Shown here: positions 44,931 to 59,622 of the stretch, one piece after another
Layout: each line of letters opens with the position of its first letter
How positions within the stretch are numbered: position 1 is the stretch's first letter
Assembly (NCBI GenBank): GCA_964016885.1
Contig: OZ024742.1
Span: forward strand, 7,812,001 to 7,876,000
Direction of reading: 5' to 3'
Length of the DNA stretch: 64,000 nucleotides
Origin: Eledone cirrhosa
Taxonomy: Eukaryota
Translations under genes and position numbers: made by a program
Notes under the pieces: model-generated
Seen by the model: only the letters and a program-made list of their open reading frames with translations
The model's database searches: none
What the model was told of the DNA's origin: nothing

Positions 44931-47371
44931 ATGGAAAAACAATATTTAGGAACCTCCTTAAAAAACATACCAATACCTTCTAAGGATGACTTCTTACTCC
45001 TTATGATTCAGAAAACTAATAATTTTATCAGAAGGGTTAGATGGAGAGCCTACCACTTCGATAGAAAATCTAAACAAGCAGATCGGAAATATATGTATGA
45101 TTTCAATACTTACAAGAATCCACCACACAACTTTTTACTTGAAGACTTCGAGAAAGACCTTTTTAATTTAATTAAACACCTCAAATTTAAAAAGTATAAA
45201 TCCGTCTTTCAAAAGGACCTTGATTCTACCCTATTGGACCTAAAAAGTCTAAAAAAATCCATGTCCACTCGGACAAAACTGGTAACTTGTATCATATGGA
45301 CATTGAACATTATAACGAGTTCATATATAAAGAACTCAGAAAAAATTATAAAAAATCTAATAATGTGTCACTCACCAACATCAACAACAAAACACACAAC
45401 ATAGTAAAAAAACTAAACATTGAAGATAGAACTGAACCTTTGGCATTGAAAAGACCACACTTCAACCTGAAAGATCACAAATCTAACTTTAACTCAAATC
45501 CTTCTATTAGACTTATATGTCCTTCCAAATCAGATATTGGAATAATTAGCAAAAAAATTTTAGATAGAGTCATCCCACAAATAAAAAAACACGTTATTTT
45601 ACCACTCTGGGAAAACACCTCCCAGGTAATTAACTGGTTTAAAAATATTAGGTGTAAATCTTCTGCTTCTTTCCTACAATTTGATATAGATAATTACTAT
45701 TCTTCTATATCACCTATACTCCTGAACAAAGCATTGATATTTGCTAAAAATAGATCTAACTTAACTTTGGATGACATTAACATTATTACACATGCTAGAC
45801 TAACACTTATTGAATTTCAGAATGAATACTGGACCAGAAACACATACAGTAATCTTTTTGATATTACTATGGGTTCAAGCGATTCCGCCCAAATTACTGA
45901 TCTTGTGGGCCTCTTTCTCCTTTTCAACATAAATGCCTCTTTTCCCCACCTCAAAGGTGGTTTATATCGTGATGACTGTCTTCTTCTTTCTAACAACCTT
46001 AGCCTTTCAGAAATTGAAAAAAACAAAAAACATATTAGAACTTTCCTTAAAGACTATTATAATCTTAATATTACTTTTGAAAAAACAAGTAAGGTAGTAA
46101 ATTTCCTAGATATAACTTTAGATTTAGCTACGGGTATCTACCAATCTTACCATAAACCTAACCAAAACTTACATTACATACACTCACAATCTAATCACCC
46201 TAAATCTATCCTTAAAAACCTTGCATATAATATATCACTTAGAATTTCTAACCTTTCTTCTAACCAAGATGTATTTGATAAAAATGCGACCTTCTATAAC
46301 GAAGCTCTAGATAGAAGTGGCCACAAAAATAGATTAGAGTATATACCTTCTACTAAAAATACTGAAAGCATACAACATAATATTACCAACAAACACCAAA
46401 TGAAAAGTACACACCTAAATGCCACCCACACTATACCCCAAAATACCAAATCTTCTAATATAAAGTATAGTAACTCTCAAAAAACTACTCATCATACAAC
46501 TCTAATAAATATTAATAATAAAACTCCTAATAAAAAGGATAAAACACCTAAATCTACAAATATAACTAAAAATAGTTGTGGTGAGATCATTAACATTAAT
46601 CCTCCTAGTAAAAATCACGATACAACCTATAAAAATAATAAAAATAATAAACAACATAGAAACCGTAATAGACGGGTTACTTGGTATAATGCTCCTTTTA
46701 ATTTACAAGTTAAGGATAATATTGCTAAAAAATTTTTTTATATCCTTGAGAAAAACTTCCCGCCAAACCACAAATACCATCAAATCTTAAATAGGTCTAC
46801 AGTTAAATTCTCATACTCTACAACAAATAACATAAAACAAAATATAAGTGCATATAATGCATATAAATGTAAGAAAACCATAACTATACCACCATTACAT
46901 CAAATTAACCATAATATCTCCTCAAATACAGAATTAACGAAAGGATGTAACTGTAGAAACAAAGCAAACTGCCCATTAAAAGGGAATTGTCTTGTTAACA
47001 ACATAGTCTATAAATGTAATGTTAAAACTAAAGATTCTATTTGCTCATATATAGGAGCTACCTCTAACAATTTTAAGACAAGGTTTAATACCCACAAGCA
47101 TAGTTTTAAAAATGCTGCACTGGCTAATACAACATCTCTAGCCGAAAAAATCAATAGTTATAAAAATAAGAATATAAAATATGATTTGACCTGGAGTGTG
47201 CTCAAAAGAGCCACCCCTTATCAAAATAATAGAAATGAATGTAGATTATGTTCCCAAGAACTATTTGAAATAATGAAGTCTAAGGATATCTTATTAAATA
47301 AACGACAGGAATTAATTATATCGTGTAATCATAAACTAAAAAAAACATTTAAATATTATAAACCTAATTAA
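44931..47371 (+). CDS. Naiad-type RT + C-terminal GIY-YIG endonuclease (one frameshift at A7 run 45251-45257)
   Basis: SLKNIPIP, RRVRWRA, VHSDKT, LKDHK..IRLICP, QFDIDNYYSSI, ITMGSSDSAQ, LYRDD, CNCRNKANCP, IVYKC..YIG, CRLC, CNH. Confidence 0.92.
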
Positions 47372-47839
47372 CAACATTATTTTAGAAATTAATTTAATTT
47401 AAATGTTAGTTAACCTATATATTTAATTTAATTAAAATTTTATTACAGATCAGAATATAAAATATTATGTAATCATAAATTGTGAAAAACCTTTAAATAT
47501 TACTAATATATACTTAGTAATTTAATTCATAGATTAATTTTAATTTATTTAAACCTTTTATTATTTTTATTATAATTCTTTTACAGATAAAATATAACAA
47601 AATAATATCGTGTATCCAATGACAGAGAAATAATTTTTAGTATTATTGACCTAATTAATATACATTTTAGAAATATATTTATAATTTGGTTTTAGTTTTA
47701 ATCAACCTAAAAATTTAATTTTAATTTGCTTAATATTAGTATCCTTATACAGACGAATTGCAGAATGTCATGTAATCATAGAATGCGATGTGTTTTGGAT
47801 ATATACCTAGTTAATATATTCTATGCAATTTTTTGAAAA

Positions 47840-49049
47840 AGATATGTATATGTATATGTGTATGTGTATGTGTGTGTGTATGTATATGTATATATATGTA
47901 TATATATATATATATATATATTTGTGTGTATATGTGTGTATATGTGTATGTGTATGTATATGTATATGTATGCGTATTAATTTTGATTTCTATTTGCATA
48001 TAATTATATTATGCTATTGATGAAATACAATATCTGCTTTATGTATTGTATACCTAATTAACATATACTATAGAAATAAATATATAATTTTTAATTTAGT
48101 TAACCTATAATTTATATTCTACTACTGATGTACTACTTTAGTTTATTTTATTTGTTTTTTCCCTATTACTAATTTCATTTCCTAATATTGATACCATAAC
48201 GTTATTAACTTTAATTTAGTTATACTGTAATTAATACTCTACTACTATTTAACTTCAAAATTCTGCTTCAAATATTATAAACCTAACTAATTTACACCTT
48301 AGAAATCAATATGTTAACTATCTTTGGTTTAGTTAACATATAGTTAATGGTATACTTGTTTATTTTGAGATGCATAGATTTTGCCTTAGTTTTTATTTGT
48401 TGTATTTTATAACACTGAAAATGTGTAAAAAAAAAAAACATACATTGGATAAAGATACGGAAAATTTTCTATGTTTCCTGAAACATATATTTACTTTGAT
48501 CCCCTTCTCCAAACCCCCCCTTTTCCCCCATACTATTATCATCTGTATTTGTAAGCGTCTATGTATGAATATATATGTAGGTAGGTGTCTATATAGGTTT
48601 GGGTATTTATATCTAAATATAAAAATACATATATGTGCATGCAAATATGAATGTAAGATTGTGTGTGTATATATGAGTGTGTGTATGTATGTATATGTGT
48701 GTATATATGCATCTATATATGTATGTGTATGTGAATGTGTGTACGTATATGTGTATGTATGTGTATATATGTGTATATATATATGTTATGTGTATATATA
48801 GGAATATATATATGTATATATATATGTATATGTATATGCGCGTGTATGTATGTGTGTGTATGTGTGTTGTATATATATGTATGTCTCTCTATTTATATGT
48901 CTATCTCCGTATCTATGTGATATATGTGTGTGTATGTGCATGTATGCACATATATGTGTTTATGTGTATATATGTGTATGTATGTATATATGTGTGTGTG
49001 CATGCACACAGATATATATAAGTGAGTGTGTATATGTGTCTGTGTATAT

Positions 49050-49108
<59 letters not shown>

Positions 49109-49168
49109 TGTCTATGTGTGAATATATATCTATATTCATATGTGTGTATATGTGTATGTATGTGTTTG

Positions 49169-49222
<54 letters not shown>

Positions 49223-49243
49223 GGTATGTGTATATATATATAT

Positions 49244-49274
<31 letters not shown>

Positions 49275-49399
49275 TATTTTTTATTATTATAATATAACTT
49301 ATGTGTATGTGTGTATAAGTGAAGTTATGTATATGTATGTAATATGTCTATATATAAGTGTAGAAAAATATATATATATATATGTGCATGTCTGTTTTT

Positions 49400-49450
<51 letters not shown>

Positions 49451-49589
49451 ATATATATGTATAATTGTGGGTGTTTGTATGTGTATTTATGGTGGTATGA
49501 ATGTGTAGGTATCTTTGTATATATATATATATATGTGTGTGTATATGTATGAGTGTATGTGTGTATATAATATATATATATATATGTAT

Positions 49590-49621
<32 letters not shown>

Positions 49622-49997
49622 GTGTATGTGTGTATATATATATCTCTATTAATGCGTGTGTGTATGTATATACATATGCCTTTTTATTAATATTTTATTT
49701 GTATGTCTGAGTTAGGTAAGGTTGTAGTGTTTTTTTATGTATATACGCATAAATGGATGCGTATGTATTTGTATATATGAGTATAAGTAAGTGCATATGT
49801 ATGTATGATTATATCTCTAATTCTATGTATGATTATACATGTATATATATGTGTGTATGTAAGTTGTATGTGTATGTATGTATATTTCTATGTGTGTATG
49901 TGTATATATATATATGTATATCGATGTACGTATATGTAGGTACATGTATGTCTATGTATTGTATGTATGTGTATGTATATTTAGGTGTGTGTGTATA

Positions 49998-50044
<47 letters not shown>

Positions 50045-50299
50045 ATATATATATATGTATATATCTTTATTATTTATTTTTTTTATATATATGTGTATGT
50101 GTGTATGTTGTTGCGTGTGTGTGTGTGTGTGTGTATATATATCTTTATATATGTGTATGTGTATGTTCGTGTAGATGTATATGTGTGTATGACTTTATAT
50201 GTATGTGTGTATGTATGTATGCGTATATATTTCTGTGTGTGTGTACATGTATGTATGTGTATATATCTGTATGTATATGTATGTGTATTTGTATGTGTA

Positions 50300-50340
<41 letters not shown>

Positions 50341-50368
50341 GTTGTATATATATATATATGTATATGTA

Positions 50369-50418
<50 letters not shown>

Positions 50419-50738
50419 TTTCTATTTGTATATATAATGTGTGTATAGGTATATACCTTTCTCTTTGTATTTCTATGTTGTGTGATAGTGTAGTTGGTGT
50501 TAGTATGGATATACCGATTATATAGATGCGTAAGTATTTGTCTGTATGTATATATGTAAATCTGTATATATTTGTGTGTATATATAGCTATGTATGTGTA
50601 TATCTGTATATATATTAGTATGTAAGTGTTGTATATTTGCATGTATGTGTGTGGTTATATATATCTGTGTCTGTATAGTATGTGTGATTATATGTATATG
50701 TGTGTGTATATGTACGTGTATATGCATATGTATGTATA

Positions 50739-50777
<39 letters not shown>

Positions 50778-50987
50778 ATATGTATATGTATGTGTATTTG
50801 TATGTATATGTCTATATGTATGTATGTGTGTATATGTATATGTTTATATATGTGTGTGTATGTATGTTCTTAGTGTGGATGTGTGTATATGTATGTATGT
50901 ATTTATATATGTGTGTATATTTATGTATGGATGTGTAAGTGTCTATGTGTGTATATATATGTATGTTTTTTTTTATATATATATATA

Positions 50988-51036
<49 letters not shown>

Positions 51037-51060
51037 ATGTATGTGTATGTGTGTATATTT
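47840..51060. repeat. Mixed (TA/TG)n low-complexity sequence inside the family C 3' UTR
   Basis: Mostly TA/TG repeats with short unique islands; analogous tract at ~39815-41020. Confidence 0.85.
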
Positions 51061-51704
51061 ATTTTCTTGATATATTTCTTTTTTCTTTTTTCTTTTTTCT
51101 TTTTTCTGTTCTTCTTTCTATTCTTTCCTCCTTAATGTTTTATTTATTATGGTTTATTTGTTTTATTTTTCTTAGTTTATAGATACATTTATATTAGGCA
51201 GTATGTTCAGACCGTTGAATACTGACCCCTCCCCCCCCCCCTCCCACCTAATTTCTGTATCTTTATCTGAAAATGTGTATGGCCAGTGTTTTATGTGAGT
51301 GAATTAATGTCCATGTGCTTATGATTTTATATCCACATATATAAATGTGAGTGGGGGTGTGTGTGTGTTTGTATGTTCGTGGTTATGTGTATATTTATGC
51401 ATATACGCGCGTGTATGTGTGATTGTACGGATATGTTGTGAGTATTGAAAAAATATATTTATATACTTAATTTCATAAGTGTCAATAACTCACAGAGACA
51501 TTAACCTTGAAATTTTGTGTTTGCATCCATCCTTTTAGTATGCGTATACAATTTATACATACATTTTTGTAAAATATGTGTAAGGGTTTTACATGTATAT
51601 ACACACACCGAACTGCATTTAACCCTTTGTGTTTTCATTGGTCAATTTTTGTTCCCAAACGGACCTGAAATTTTGAATTGTTGTTATTATCAATAAATAT
51701 ACTT

Positions 51705-51855
51705 CATTATTTCTGAAGACGGCGTATATATGTGTTTGGTATGTATATTTAATCTTGATAATTTGTATAATTTTGTATAATTTTGTACATAGATCTGTTG
51801 AATATGCATACCAATTCTAACACATATATATCCTAGAAACGATCGTTAAATAATG
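51705..51855 (+). ncRNA. Hammerhead family C (3' pLTR)
   Basis: Same as 44435-44585, 7270 bp downstream. Confidence 0.8.
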
Positions 51856-52017
51856 AACTTTTTTTGTTTAATATAAGAAATTGTTTATTCATTATTTGTT
51901 TAATATTTTATATTTATATATATATATTTATATATATATATATACATATTTATATATATATTTATATATATATATTTATATATATATATACAATTTATAT
52001 ATATATATATACATATT

Positions 52018-52049
<32 letters not shown>

Positions 52050-52127
52050 CATATTTATATATATATATATATTTTTATGTATATATATATTTATATATAT
52101 ATATATATATATACATATTTATATATA

Positions 52128-52176
<49 letters not shown>

Positions 52177-52185
52177 ATATATATT

Positions 52186-52238
<53 letters not shown>

Positions 52239-52308
52239 TTATATATATATTTATTATATATATATATATTTATGTATATATTTATATATCTATATATATT
52301 TATATATA

Positions 52309-52373
<65 letters not shown>

Positions 52374-52445
52374 CTATATATATTTATATATATATTTATA
52401 TATTTATATATATATATATTTATATATATATATATATTTATATAT

Positions 52446-52582
52446 AACGAAGGAAATGTGGTAAGGAACCAGGTGGACCATAACGCACCAAAGTACTCAA
52501 TACTTGAGGTAGTAGAGTGGGTAATAGGAACCAGTAAGACCCCGACAGCTGAGCTCAAGCCGTTTCGACGGCTAATTCTGGA
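52446..52582 (-). mobile_element. Short repeated insert (family E) with the 3' half of a hammerhead
   Basis: Diverged copies at 59323 and 63584; minus strand GAAA-cggct tgagctc agc(t/c)g-TC. Confidence 0.65.
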
Positions 52583-52786
52583 TATATATTTATATATATA
52601 TTTATATATTTATATATTTATATATTTATATATATGTTTATATATTTATATATTTATATATTTATATATATATATATTTATATATATATATATTTATATA
52701 TCTATATATATATATACTTATATATATATATACATTTATATATATATTTATATATATATATATCTATATATATTTATATATATATT

Positions 52787-52823
<37 letters not shown>

Positions 52824-52825
52824 TT

Positions 52826-52873
<48 letters not shown>

Positions 52874-52923
52874 TTATATATATATATATTTATATACAAT
52901 TAATATATATATATTTATATATT

Positions 52924-52956
<33 letters not shown>

Positions 52957-52975
52957 ACATATTTATATATATATT

Positions 52976-53007
<32 letters not shown>

Positions 53008-53615
53008 TATATATATATATATACATATTTATATATATATTTATATATATATATATATTTATATGTATATATATATATATATACATATTGTTATATTTGG
53101 GGAGGGTCATATTTGCGTAATATTGCCAGAATTAATAACAGAACACACTCACTGTTTGGTTGGTTTTCGCTTCTCGCTGTCTTTTATATATATATATCTG
53201 CGATCTAACTTACTCGGTCCTCAATGTTGCCATTGACTGACCGGCGGTCAAAAATAATACAGATACAATATAGACAAACACATATATATATAGTTTACAT
53301 AATTTACATAAATCTTTCGTTGCACATCTGCAACATCGTCAGTGGTGTTATATTCATTGTTCCTCCTGTTGTGTTGTATGTCTACGCCATTTTTTTTTGT
53401 TCAGTCTGTCTATATATTTATTTATTTATTTGCTTGTTTGTTTATCTTATTTTATTTTGTCTTCTTTGCGCATGCGTTTGCGTGTGTGTATAGTGTTATG
53501 TGTGATGTGTGACTAGTGTGTATAGTGTTGTGTCTGCTGGGTGACTAGTGTGTGTTTATGTGCTTGTGTATGTATTTATTTATCTTATTTTATTTAATTT
53601 AATTTACTTATTTAT

Positions 53616-55494
53616 TTATACTTCTCTTAGGTCAGTGTTGTTTGTTTGGGTGTTGTTGTTGTTCCACTCATTCTTTCTGTTTAGCTTTGGTCTTCTAATT
53701 TCTATTTCACTGGCCTCTCTGATTTGCCTATCTGCTGGGTCATTCCTATGTTTAGATATTATTCTAATTTCTATGTTGTCTATGTTACCGTCATGTTGTT
53801 GTCTAGCATGTTCGTATAGTACTGACCCGTTTTTTCGTCCTTTTAGTTCCCCCCAGTGTTGGTCTATCCTTTCACCTATGCTACGAGCTGTCTCACCTAT
53901 GTATGTTGTTGTCGTTTTTCTGCAAGTACCCTCTGTACATCTTATGCTATAGACTACGTTTCTAGTTTTACAGTTTATCCGGGGGTTCACCTTACATATG
54001 ATACATTTCCTATTGGTACAGTGGGTTTTCTTAAAAGGGTAGGTTTTGCTGATCAGGGATTTTATGGTGGTTCCTGGCTTTTCTACCACCTTTATTTTTA
54101 AGTGGGTCTTTCTCAGGGCCTTTCTACACTGGTTAGCTAATTTCCCTCCAGGGGTGGCGTCCACAAACATGACACTCTGATATCTCTGGTTGTCGTACCA
54201 TGATGTGGCCTTCCCTATCTTATGTCTAGCCCTATCTAAGCTATTCCATGATTTGCTCCTGTATAGTGGGCAAATTCCTTTCATGTTCAGTTCTATGAGG
54301 GTCTTATACTTTTCCATGGCTCCTTCGTATACTCTGACTCTGTCTCTTTGGTTGTAGCCAGAGAACTGCATGCGGTTGATGAAGTGTTGGATGTGTCCTT
54401 CCATTTCTGTTGGGTCGCACATGCTGGACACATTCTTCATCACTCGTACCAAATCTGCGATCAGAATATTAAACTTAGCACTACTGGACATTGCTGAGTT
54501 TTTGAGTATCAGGTATTTGGAGGCCATGGGTTTAGCATAGTGTGAGTGGAGAATTTGGGCTCTCTCGTCTATAGTGTTAATCCAGAGTTCTGTGTCTAAT
54601 ACAGGTAGTCTATTGTTAGGGTGTTTGGAAGGGAAGTCTATAGTTACAGTTATACTCTGGTGTATGGAATTAGCTATCTGCTGGATGCTTTCCATCGTGC
54701 TACGTTCTAAATCAAACTTGTTAGTGCTCTCTAGTGGGGGTGTTCTTATAACTATATTGATATCGTCTACATAACGAGAGTACATGATGAGGTCTATGGA
54801 GCTTTCATTAAGGAGATCTTTAAGTCTCCTTTCCCACCATACCATGAAAAGGTTGGCAACATCACCAGCTATGCTGACGCCGATGGCTGCTCCCTCATTT
54901 TGGGTGTAGATTTTCTCATTGAACTTAAATATGTGGCCCTTAAGGGTAGTTTTGATACTAGCCCCTATTGCATGTGCGACCATTTTTCTTACCTGATCAG
55001 TGTTTTGGGGGGTACGTATAGCTTTGGTCCACCCAATCCACCTTCCTATGGGAGTCTTTTTAGCCATTGAGGTTATGGTGGGGGGTCTACCTCTTATAGG
55101 TCTACTAGGGCAGAAACATCTAAGGTCATGGCTGTCTAGGTAGTCAGTGTCGTAGGTAAGTCTAAGTAGGAGGCCCAGTTCGTCTGTGTCGACGTCGCAG
55201 AACTCCACCTCACTCTCAATGATCATCTCCACACATCTTTTCACAGCAAAATCAATGTTAATGGATGGGTACAGTGACACCACATCCATGCTGCCTATTA
55301 TGCAGTTGGATAGGCTCCTGTTTTTGTTGCACTCACTGACTCTGCTGAGGAGGTCCTCTGTACTTTCACATACATCTGGGGACATCTTGATTATGGGGCG
55401 TATAACCATTGAGAGGAAGTAGGAGATCCTGTAGTTGCTAGCTATATTAGCTCCGCATACGGGTCTTGTTGGTGGTCCTGTTGTCGGGTCGTCG
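53616..55494 (-). CDS. PLE RT + Cx4CxxC linker + GIY-YIG endonuclease (N-truncated, open)
   Basis: GPPTRPVCGA (upstream of listed ATG), SMDVVSLYPSI, QNEGAAIG, RYVDD, CTNRKCIIC, VVYSIRC..YIGETAR, RQIREA..LN. Confidence 0.88.
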
Positions 55495-55683
55495 ACAGTG
55501 GGTTTTCTTAAAAGGGTAGGTTTTGCTGATCAGGGATTTTATGGTGGTTCCTGGCTTTTCTACCACCTTTATTTTTAAGCGGGTCTTTCTCAGGGCCTTT
55601 ATTTTTAAGTGGGTCTTTCTCAGGGCCTTTCTACACTGGTTAGCTAATTTCCCTCCAGGGGTGGCGTCCACAAACATGACACT

Positions 55684-56089
55684 CTGTACCAATAGGAAAT
55701 GTATCATATGTAAGGTGAACCCCCGGATAAACTGTAAAACTAGAAACGTAGTCTATAGCATAAGATGTACAGAGGGTAGTTGCAGAAACACGACAACAAC
55801 ATACATAGGTGAGACAGCTCGTAGCATAGGTGAAAGGATAGACCAACACTGGGGGGAACTAAAAGGACGAAAAAACGGGTCAGTACTATATGAACATGCT
55901 AGACAACAACATGACGGTAACATAGACAACATAGAAATTAGAATAATATCTAAACATAGGAATGACCCAGCAGATAGGCAAATCAGAGAGGCCAGTGAAA
56001 TAGAAATTAGAAGACCAAAGCTAAACAGAAAGAATGAGTGGAACAACAACAACACCCAAACAAACAACACTGACCTAAGAGAAGTATAA
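55684..56089 (+). pseudogene. Inverted duplicate of the GIY-YIG domain
   Basis: Near-identical to the C-terminus of 53616-55494. Confidence 0.85.
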
Positions 56090-56359
56090 ATAAATAAGTA
56101 AATTAAATTAAATAAAATAAGATAAATAAATACATACACAAGCACATAAACACACACTAGTCACCCAGCAGACACAACACTATACACACTAGTCACACAT
56201 CACACATAACACTATACACACACGTAAACGCATGCGCAAAGAAGACAAAATAAAATAAGATAAACAAACAAGCAAATAAATAAATAAATATATAGACAGA
56301 CTGAACAAAAAAAAATGGCGTAGACATACAACACAACAGGAGGAACAATGAATATAACA

Positions 56360-56399
56360 CCACTGACGATGTTGCAGATGTGCAACGAAAGATTTATGT
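56360..56399 (+). ncRNA. Hammerhead-like motif in PLE 3' region (mirror copy ~53306-53345)
   Basis: CTGACGA-tgttgca ga tg tgcaac-GAAA-gatt-TA; stem I weak. Confidence 0.5.
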
Positions 56400-56761
56400 A
56401 AATTATGTAAACTATATATATATGTGTTTGTCTATATTGTATCTGTATTATTTTTGACCGCCGGTCAGTCAATGGCAACATTGAGGACCGAGTAAGTTAG
56501 ATCGCAGATATATATATATAAAAGACAGCGAGAAGCCAAAACCAACCAAACAGTGAGTGTGTTCTGTTATTAATTCTGGCAATATTACGCAAATATGACC
56601 CTCCCCAAATATAACAATATCTGTTTCGACACACGATTTCATATAAAAAACCTCGCAAAACTAATTCATCGCCGCTATATACATATTTATATATATATAA
56701 TCATATTTATATATATATATATATTTATATATATATACATATTTATATATATAGATATATT

Positions 56762-56792
<31 letters not shown>

Positions 56793-56845
56793 ATATACAT
56801 ATTTATATATATATTTATATAGATATATATATATATATTTATATT

Positions 56846-56922
<77 letters not shown>

Positions 56923-56931
56923 ATATTTAGA

Positions 56932-56964
<33 letters not shown>

Positions 56965-56978
56965 ATATATATATTTAT

Positions 56979-58210
56979 ATGATAATAATGGAGCTGAGGC
57001 GTTGCAAATGTGATACATATGAAAAAGTGAGTCCTTCATCAGTGACCCTCCAACCGTCCTAGGCATTTCATCGCTTTAAGGGCCATATGCCTCAGGTTGG
57101 TGCGAACAACGGCTAAAAAAAGTCGTTGGGACACGTAAACAAAGGGGACGCCAGGGTAACAACAAAAAAGTTTAAGCAACGGAAAGTGAGAAGAAATAGA
57201 CAAGTCCCAGATCTCTATGAATATAAACTCGGTGAAATCGTGAACAAGAGACAAAAGACCATCAAACCTGGTTGAAATGTGAGCAAGGAAAGTATTTCGC
57301 CCAAGTTTGACGGGGGGGGGGAAGAGAGAGAGAAAGGAGAGAAGAGGAAGAAGAAGAAGAAGAAGAAGAAGAAGAAGAAGAAGAAGAAGAAGAAGAAGAA
57401 GAAGAAGAAGAAGAAGAAGAAGAAGAAGAAGAAGAAGAAGAAGAAGAAGAAGAAGAAGAAGAAGAAGAAGATAAAGGGGTCTGGTCTACGAATTCGGTAA
57501 ACGTAAGTTTTGTGAAGTCGCAGACGAAAGAGAGAGAGAAAAAAATTCCATACCAGCTTGGTCAAGACCGCGCGAGAAAAGAATTACACACAGGTCAAAC
57601 TTGAAGGAGGAGGAGGAAAGAGGAGGAGGAGAGGTAGTGACAGAGAATGAGTGAGTGAAAGTTGAGGAGGAGGCTAACAGAGAGAGAGACTGCTAGAAAG
57701 GGTAAAGATACAAGGAACGAAACAGACGAGTGGCAGCATGGAAAAAATATATGTGTAAATATGATAATAATGGAGCTGCGGCATTGCAAATGGGATACAT
57801 ATGAAAAAGTGAGTCCTTCATCAGTGACCCTCCAACCGTCCTAGGCATTTCATCGCTTTAAGGGCCATATGCCTCAGGTTGGTGCGAACAACGGCTAAAA
57901 AAAGTCGTTGGGACACGTAAACAAAGGGGACGCCAGGGTAACAACAAAAAAGTTTAAGCAACGGAAAGTGAGAAGAAATAGACAAGTCCCAGATCTCTAT
58001 GAATATAAACTCGGTGAAATCGTGAACATGAGACAAAAGACCATCAAACCTGGTTGAAATGTGAGCAAGGAAAGAATTTCGCCCAAGTTTGACGGGGGGG
58101 GGGAACAGAGAGAGAGAAAGGAGAGAAGAGGAAGAAGAAGAAGAAGAAGAAGAAGAAGAAGAAGAAGAAGAAGAAGAAGAAGATAAAGGGGTCTGGTCTA
58201 CGAATTCGGT
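56979..58210. repeat. Partial tandem (~1.6 units, period ~782 bp) non-coding element with internal (GAA)n
   Basis: 56979-57498 ~ 57761-58210; GAA tract much longer in the first copy. Confidence 0.85.
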
Positions 58211-58221
58211 ATATATATATT

Positions 58222-58312
<91 letters not shown>

Positions 58313-58577
58313 ATTTATATATATATATATTTATATATATATATATTTATATATATATATATTTATATATATATATATTTATATATATATATATATATAT
58401 TATATTTATATATATATATATTTATATATATATATATTTATATATATATATAAATATATATATATATAAATATTATATATATTTAACTCACTCAATATGC
58501 AAATTAGGCTGCTCAGCCGTTAATTTTCATAAGGAAAGTATATACTTTCGAACGTTCAACTATCTGGCAGATGGGTA

Positions 58578-58622
58578 AACGGTGCTGATGATAGTTAACA
58601 AGCTTGAAACTAGTACATCGTT
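58578..58622 (+). ncRNA. Minimal type-I hammerhead in a solitary ~290-bp insert (~58484-58770)
   Basis: aacggtg-CTGATGA-tagtt aaca agctt-GAAA-ctag-TA-catcgtt. Confidence 0.82.
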
Positions 58623-58787
58623 CCTGTGTCAGTGTTGAACAAACAGGTGACGTGGTTCCCTTAACACCGTATGGCATAAATTCAGGCTGTTAGGTTTGTT
58701 GACAAACAAACGAACAAAGCGGCGTTATAATAAACGTCCGCTAAACTGATGCGTGCATATATGTATGTGTACCTCTATGTATACATG

Positions 58788-58861
<74 letters not shown>

Positions 58862-59077
58862 TGCTTCTGTACGTCTGTATACATATATGTATGTACGTAT
58901 ACATACATACTTACATTTAAGTAAGTGCCATACTAGGAGTGAGAAATGAAATTTCGTTTTCATTTTTTTTCAACTTATATATATATATATTTATATATAT
59001 ATATATTTATATATATATATATTTATATATATATATATTTATATATATATATTTATATATATATATATTTATATATT

Positions 59078-59110
<33 letters not shown>

Positions 59111-59237
59111 ATGTTTATATATATATATATTTATATATATATATATTTATATATATATATATTTATATATATTTATATATATATATTTATATATATATAT
59201 ATTTATATATATATATATTTATATATATATATATTTA

Positions 59238-59280
<43 letters not shown>

Positions 59281-59281
59281 G

Positions 59282-59322
<41 letters not shown>

Positions 59323-59324
<2 letters not shown>

Positions 59325-59516
59325 CGAAGGAAATGTGGTAAGGAACCATGTGGACCATAACGCACCAAAGTACTCAATACTTAGGGTAGTAGATTGGGTA
59401 ATAGGAACAAGTAAGACTCCGACGGCTGAGCTCAAGCCGTTTCGCCGGCTAATTCTGGACAGAATTAGCCTTCGGAACGGCTTGAGCTCAGCCGTCGGAG
59501 TCTTACTTGTTCCTAT
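59323..59516. mobile_element. Family E insert with fold-back end
   Basis: As 52446-52582 plus ~55-bp inverted copy around ggac. Confidence 0.7.
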
Positions 59517-59622
59517 ATTTATATATATATGTACATATATTTATATATATATTTATATATATATTTATATATATATATATTTATAATATAAGATCAAAAG
59601 ATGGTTAAAGGAGTTCAATATA

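Larger units (their letters stand above)
43343..51911 (+). mobile_element. Near full-length Naiad-like PLE family C with direct pLTRs
   Basis: Direct repeats ~43343-44640 and ~50672-51911, each with a hammerhead, flanking a complete RT-GIY-YIG coding region; TA tracts on both sides. Confidence 0.93.
53085..56676 (-). mobile_element. Neptune/Nematis-like PLE, 5'-truncated with inverted 3' duplication
   Basis: Minus-strand RT/GIY-YIG; 55684-56620 is the inverted copy of 53085-54021. Confidence 0.88.

Noticed and set aside
44931-47371. Selenocysteine recoding as reported for some Naiads
   Set aside because: No in-frame TGA interrupts the coding frames; cysteines of the CxC..CP, CxxC and CxH motifs are ordinary codons
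43343-51911. LTR retrotransposon
   Set aside because: No gag, protease, integrase, PBS or TG..CA ends; RT and GIY-YIG are PLE-type
57215-58469. Poly-K, poly-F and poly-E ORFs
   Set aside because: Translations of (GAA)n tracts
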